NCBI RefSeq assembly: GCF_030826625.1
Contig: NZ_JAPJNQ010000001.1
Coordinates: 36,187 to 100,186, forward strand
From: Corynebacterium sp.
GTDB taxonomy: Bacteria > Actinomycetota > Actinomycetes > Mycobacteriales > Mycobacteriaceae
DNA: 64,000 nt
Direction of reading: 5' to 3'
The first letter of the stretch is position 1, and every line of letters begins with the position of its first letter. A program made the position numbers and the translations under genes. The notes under the pieces were generated by a model. It was not told the origin of the DNA. It did no database searches and was given only the letters and a program-made list of their open reading frames with translations. This document shows, piece after piece, positions 59,604 to 64,000 of the stretch.

Positions 59604-61508
59604 CTACTTCTTGTCAGCCTCGTCCGGCTGGGCGGCAGCAGCCTCGTCCGGCTGGGCGTCGGCAAGATCTTCTACCTCGACACCCTCCACGTCGGATTCT
59701 TGGTGGTCTGGCTGCTCATCGAGCGGCTTCGCCTTACCGGAAGTATCGGAATCATCGGAACCGTCTGTGTCGTCGTCGGCGGCGTCCTTCTCCTTCGGCA
59801 CCAGGCCCAACATATCCAGCAGGTCGGCCTGAACTTCGCGGCGGCGCAGCTTACCAATCTGGTCAGTAGCCAGCTCCTCGAAGTGGTAGAAGGTGCGCGG
59901 AACCTTGTATGCAGTCAGGCGCTCGCGGCAGTAGTCCTTTAGTCCATCCGGGTCCAGGGCGGCGCCTGCCCGCAGAACCACACAGGCTACGACGTCTTCG
60001 GAGCCGTCCTTACGCGGACGCCCCACGACGGCGCACTCTTCCACATCAGGGTGCTGGCCCAGGCAGTCTTCGACCTCGCCAGGGTAGACGTTGAAACCAC
60101 CGGTGATGATCATTTCCTTAATGCGGGAAACAATGCGCACGAAGCCATCTTCTTCCATCACAGCCATGTCGCCGGTGCGGAACCAACCATCATGGAAGGC
60201 GTTTTCCGTGGCTTCCTCATTGTGCAGATAGCCTTTGAAAACCTGCGGGCCGCGGCCGAGCAGCTCGCCTTCCTTGCCATCCGGCATGGTCTCTTCCAAA
60301 TTATCCGGGTTGGCGATGCGTACCTCAGTATCCGGGAAAGGGATACCGATATAGCCCGGACGCCGGTTTTCCGAGTGCGGGTTACAACACAGCACCGGCG
60401 AGGTCTCGGTCAAGCCGTAGCCTTCCACCAGCAGGCCGCCGGTGCGCTGTTCCCACTTCTCGACGGTGTCTTCCGGCAAGGGGGCGGCACCGGAAATGGA
60501 GTTGGTGATGCCCTTGAGATCAATGTTCTGCTTCTCGGCTGCCTCCATAACCTTGGAGTACAGCGTCGGCACGCCAGGCATCCAGGATGGCTTGCGGTTT
60601 TTGATGACGTCCATCAGCAACGGGATTTCCGGCTTTGGTACCAGCACCATCTCGCCACCCAGCGACACCGCCAGGCCGGCGATCAGCGTTAGACCGTAAA
60701 CATGGAACATTGGCAGAGCGCCCAGCACGCGTTCGTCCGGGTTGCGGCCCAAGGTAGGGAAGAACGCCAAGATCTGGGCGATATTCGCGGATATATTGCC
60801 CTGGGTGAGCTCTGCACCCTTCGGTGCGCCGGTAGTGCCCGAGGTGTAGAGGATCAGCGCGGTCGTTTCACTAGTGACACAATCAGGGGTACGGATTTCC
60901 CGCCCGTCGCCACCGAAAGCCTCACTGGCCAGGGACTCAAAAGAGATGGTGTTCGGTGCAAACTGGGACAGCTGCTTGCGTTTTTCGCGGATCGACGGCA
61001 GCGGCAGGTATCGCAGAGCCAGCTGCTTGGTGCGCGGCATCGCGTTGATCATGTTGACCGAAATGATGGTCTCCAGTGGAGTCTTGCTGCGAACCTGCTC
61101 CAACATTGGGGCGGCCTTGTCCCAGCAAATCGCGATGCGGGCGCCGTGATCCTGGAACAGACCTTCCAACTCGTGCGCGGTATAGAGCGGGTTGTGCTCG
61201 ACGACGGTCGCACCAATTTTCTGGATGGCATAAAAAGCAATAACGTGCTGCGGGCAGTTCGGAAGCAGCACTGCCACGCGGTCACCCGGACCTACGCCGA
61301 AGGCCTTCAGACCGGCGGCGACAGCGCGTACGTTCTTGTCGAGTTCGCTATAAGTCATCGTCTCGCCAAAGAAGTACGTTGCCTGCCGGTGGTGGTTATT
61401 GGTCAGGTTGCTGTCGTACAAGCTCAGCAGAGTCTTGTGCTCGTATTCCGGTTTTTCCGGAATATCGCCGTAGTGCTGTAGCCACGCCTTGGTATCCGAA
61501 GCGGTCAT
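59604..61508 (-). CDS. fadD: Long-chain fatty-acid--CoA ligase (FadD), acidic C-terminal tail
   Basis: AMP-binding ILYTSGTTGAPKGA and YGLTE motifs. AAGGAGG Shine-Dalgarno. The C-terminal Asp/Glu-rich tail is about 60 aa. Confidence 0.85.
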   Translation of the reverse strand: MTASDTKAWLQHYGDIPEKPEYEHKTLLSLYDSNLTNNHHRQATYFFGETMTYSELDKNVRAVAAGLKAFGVGPGDRVAVLLPNCPQHVIAFYAIQKIGATVVEHNPLYTAHELEGLFQDHGARIAICWDKAAPMLEQVRSKTPLETIISVNMINAMPRTKQLALRYLPLPSIREKRKQLSQFAPNTISFESLASEAFGGDGREIRTPDCVTSETTALILYTSGTTGAPKGAELTQGNISANIAQILAFFPTLGRNPDERVLGALPMFHVYGLTLIAGLAVSLGGEMVLVPKPEIPLLMDVIKNRKPSWMPGVPTLYSKVMEAAEKQNIDLKGITNSISGAAPLPEDTVEKWEQRTGGLLVEGYGLTETSPVLCCNPHSENRRPGYIGIPFPDTEVRIANPDNLEETMPDGKEGELLGRGPQVFKGYLHNEEATENAFHDGWFRTGDMAVMEEDGFVRIVSRIKEMIITGGFNVYPGEVEDCLGQHPDVEECAVVGRPRKDGSEDVVACVVLRAGAALDPDGLKDYCRERLTAYKVPRTFYHFEELATDQIGKLRRREVQADLLDMLGLVPKEKDAADDDTDGSDDSDTSGKAKPLDEQPDHQESDVEGVEVEDLADAQPDEAAAAQPDEADKK

Positions 61509-61649
61509 TGCTACCTCCTTGAGTAGGGGTGTTGTGCATCACACGATTTGAGATAACCCCACACTACCAATTGGTGAGTAGTTTCACATAACTAGCGCGG
61601 ATCTCGTGCGAAGTCGTGAATACTCCCAGCATACAGCGGTGTGTAAGGC

Positions 61650-61693
61650 AAAAGGGGCGTGCCGACGGTTGCGGTGATGCGTCGGCACGCCCC
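61650..61693 (-). terminator. Intrinsic terminator downstream of second fadD paralog
   Basis: 13-bp stem ggggcgtgccgac / gtcggcacgcccc followed by TTTT on the minus strand. Confidence 0.55.
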
Positions 61694-61725
61694 TATTTCG
61701 CGCGTTTTTTGCGAATCTCGATTCG

Positions 61726-63501
61726 CTAGTTTTCAGACTCTCCCAAGCGTTCCATCAGATCGGCTTGTACCTCACGTCGGCGGATTTTGCCCAGCTGGTC
61801 GCGGGCCAATTCCTCAAAGTGGTAGAAGGTGCGCGGAACCTTGTAGCGGGTTAAGCGCTGACGGCAGAACTCGCGCAAACCTTCCGGATCCAGCTCGGCG
61901 CCGTCGTTAAGAATCACGCAGGCGACCACATCTTCCGAACCATCCTTGCGTGGGCGCCCCACCACGGCGACATCGGCGACGTCGCGGTGAGAACTCACGG
62001 TTTCTTCCACCTCAGCCGGGTGCACGTTGAAACCACCGGTGATGATGATTTCCTTCAAGCGGGAGACCAGCCGCAAGAAGCCGTCTTCTTCCATGACGCC
62101 CATGTCACCGGTGCGGAACCAGCCGTCGTGGAAAGCCTCCTCGGTGGCTTCCGGCTTATTCAAGTAGCCCTGGAACACCTGTGGCCCTTTGACCAGGACC
62201 TCGCCCTCTTCACCGTTCGGCATGGTGCGGGAAGGATCATTCTGGTCCGCGATGCGGATCAAGGTATTGGGCATAGGCACGCCGATAAAGCCCGGACGGC
62301 GATTTTCGTTGACTGGGTTAGCAACGATCACCGGCGAGGTTTCGGTTAGGCCGTAGCCTTCCACCAACAGGCCGCCGGACAGTTTTTCCCACTCGTCGAC
62401 GGTGGCGGCAGGCAGTGGGGCGGCACCGGCAAACGAGTATCGGATGCCCTGCAGATCGAGGTCTTTTTTCTGTGCTTCCTCGGCGATCTTGTCGTAGAGC
62501 GTCGGCACGCCCGGCAGCCAGGTTGGCTTGCGCTTTTTGATGGCATCGAGAATCAGCGGGATCTCTGGCTTTGGCAGCAAGATGATCTCGCCGCCGACGT
62601 AGCACGACAGTGCCCCGATAAGCGTGAGGCCGTAGACGTGGAACAGCGGCAGTGCGCCCATCAGGGTTTCGGGCTTTTCGCCGATACCTGGTAGCCAGTA
62701 TTTGGCCATCTGCACGTTGGAGCAGATATTACGGTGGCTGAGCATCGCGCCCTTCGGTGCTCCGGTGGTTCCCGAAGTGTAGAGGATGAATGCGATGTCA
62801 TCCGGGGTAATCGTCGGGTCAGGTTCCAGGTTTTCGCCGGTGCCGCCGATCGCGCCGTCGAGAAGCATGCCGTACGGGATTGCGTTGTCAGCTTTTGCGG
62901 TGAGCATATCGCGTTTTTCGCGTACCGACGGCAGCGGTAGGTAGCGCAAGGCCAGCTGCTTGGTCGTCGGCATGGCCTCGACCATGTTGACCGCGATCAG
63001 GTTTTGTAGCGCAGTGCTGTGGCGGAGTGGTTCCAGAGATTCGGCGATTTTGTCCCACACAATCGCGGTGCGCGCCTCGTGGTCTTTGAAGAGGCCTTCC
63101 AGCTCATACGGGGTGTATAGCGGATTGTGCTCGACGACGGTGGCGCCCAGGCGGTGAATAGCGTGCACCGCAACGACGTGCTGCGGACAGTTCGGCAGAA
63201 TTACGGCAACTCGGTCACCCTTGCCGACGCCCAGTGATTTCAAACTCGCAGCCACCGCCCGGACCTGCTTGTCGATCTGCGCGAAGGTTTTGGTCTGGCC
63301 GAAAAACCAGGTTGCGTTGCGGTCCGGGTTCTTTTTGAGGTTTTCGATGTAGTTATCGACAAGCGTGATTTCGGCGAGTTCGATTTCCGGTGGGCAGGCT
63401 TCGTTGTAGTGCTGGAGCCAGGCGCGGCTTTCGAATGCTGTTGCTGCGCCGGTGGGGTTGGCGGCGTTCTCAGCGTTTGGGGAGTCTTCAGATGGAGACA
63501 T
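61726..63501 (-). CDS. fadD: Long-chain fatty-acid--CoA ligase paralog
   Basis: ILYTSGTTGAPKGA. The ATG at 63501 has an AGGAGG Shine-Dalgarno and is preferred over the longer ORF-track start. The C-terminus is near-identical to its neighbours (YKVPRTFYHFEELA.DQ.GK.RRREVQADL). Confidence 0.85.
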   Translation of the reverse strand: MSPSEDSPNAENAANPTGAATAFESRAWLQHYNEACPPEIELAEITLVDNYIENLKKNPDRNATWFFGQTKTFAQIDKQVRAVAASLKSLGVGKGDRVAVILPNCPQHVVAVHAIHRLGATVVEHNPLYTPYELEGLFKDHEARTAIVWDKIAESLEPLRHSTALQNLIAVNMVEAMPTTKQLALRYLPLPSVREKRDMLTAKADNAIPYGMLLDGAIGGTGENLEPDPTITPDDIAFILYTSGTTGAPKGAMLSHRNICSNVQMAKYWLPGIGEKPETLMGALPLFHVYGLTLIGALSCYVGGEIILLPKPEIPLILDAIKKRKPTWLPGVPTLYDKIAEEAQKKDLDLQGIRYSFAGAAPLPAATVDEWEKLSGGLLVEGYGLTETSPVIVANPVNENRRPGFIGVPMPNTLIRIADQNDPSRTMPNGEEGEVLVKGPQVFQGYLNKPEATEEAFHDGWFRTGDMGVMEEDGFLRLVSRLKEIIITGGFNVHPAEVEETVSSHRDVADVAVVGRPRKDGSEDVVACVILNDGAELDPEGLREFCRQRLTRYKVPRTFYHFEELARDQLGKIRRREVQADLMERLGESEN

Positions 63502-63724
63502 GGGAAACAATCCTCCTGTGGTTGTCCTGTGGCGTTGATGGCCACACCAGGTGCATGTGCTGCGAACCACGTGCATACGAACTAACAACCGGTAGCTAAC
63601 GACCGCTAGCATTCTGTGACGTAAGTCTGTGATCTAGGTTGCAGTTTTGGTTCTGTAACCACAGTAGGCGATAAAAGTCTGGCTGGCTAGTATTGGTTCG
63701 TTTCTACTTACGAAATAGCTATGT

Positions 63725-63795
63725 TTCGGTGTGCGGCAGCGTGTGCGCCGCATGTGTGCCTCGTGCGGCCGTGTGTCTGCCGCGTGCGCGCCGAG
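63725..63795. repeat. GC-rich degenerate tandem repeat (about 6 units of GTGTGCGSCNNC) between fadD paralogs
   Basis: Read directly: gtgtgcggcagc gtgtgcgccgcat gtgtgcctc gtgcggccgt gtgtctgccgc gtgcgcgccg. Confidence 0.4.
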
Positions 63796-63814
63796 TTCGG
63801 GCTAGCTATCTAGC

Positions 63815-64000
63815 CTAGCTCTCATCCTCTAAGCGTTTCAGCAGGTCAGCCTGCACCTCGCGACGGCGGATTTTACCCAATTGGTCTTTCGCCAGATCCT
63901 CGAAGTGATAGAAGGTGCGCGGTACCTTGTAGGGAGTCAGCCGTTCCTTGGCAAAGGCGCGCAGCCCCTCTGGGTTCAGCTCAGCGCCGTCGCGAAGCAC
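63815..64000 (-). CDS. fadD: Third tandem FadD-like acyl-CoA ligase paralog (C-terminal fragment; gene continues beyond the window)
   Basis: ...RLTPYKVPRTFYHFEDLAKDQLGKIRRREVQADLLKRLEDES matches the C-termini of the two upstream paralogs. Confidence 0.7.
   Translation of the reverse strand: MLRDGAELNPEGLRAFAKERLTPYKVPRTFYHFEDLAKDQLGKIRRREVQADLLKRLEDES

Overview
This is a high-GC actinobacterial chromosome segment, almost certainly a Corynebacterium. The evidence is a 3080-aa type I fatty-acid synthase, two Ag85/Cmt-type mycolyltransferases, a fused rmlCD gene, and a helicase-cspA-topA-adenylate cyclase-holB-tRNA-Thr arrangement syntenic with C. glutamicum and mycobacteria.

Most of the window is core metabolism and envelope genes: topA, cspA, cya, holB, a mycothiol-type formaldehyde dehydrogenase with its MBL hydrolase, dsbA-ccdA, rmlA/rmlCD/rmlB, lpd, sdhCAB, murB, fas and three tandem fadD paralogs.

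Two compositionally distinct (lower-GC) accessory segments stand out:
- Directly downstream of tRNA-Thr (about 10350-13080) is an islet carrying a 580-aa Schlafen/AlbA_2 + HATPase_c_4 + winged-helix protein. Its 450-bp upstream region is saturated with CACTGT/ACAGTG and TGTAAAAC-type repeats, and an 11-bp perfect inverted repeat overlaps its start codon.
- Between fas and the fadD genes (about 49335-59322) is a roughly 10-kb ferric-siderophore locus. Inside it, a three-gene desferrioxamine/bisucaberin-like NIS hydroxamate siderophore operon (PLP decarboxylase, amine N-monooxygenase, fused IucB-type acyltransferase::IucA/IucC synthetase) sits between an FecCD/FecE-type ABC importer and its substrate-binding lipoprotein.

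Smaller observations include a GlxR/CRP-like site upstream of sdhC (with the adenylate cyclase in the same window), a 14-bp x4 tandem repeat upstream of rmlB, a DeoC-like protein with three in-frame low-complexity tandem repeats, and several hairpin terminators.

All functional calls come from reading the translated ORFs and recognising motifs. No database searches were run.
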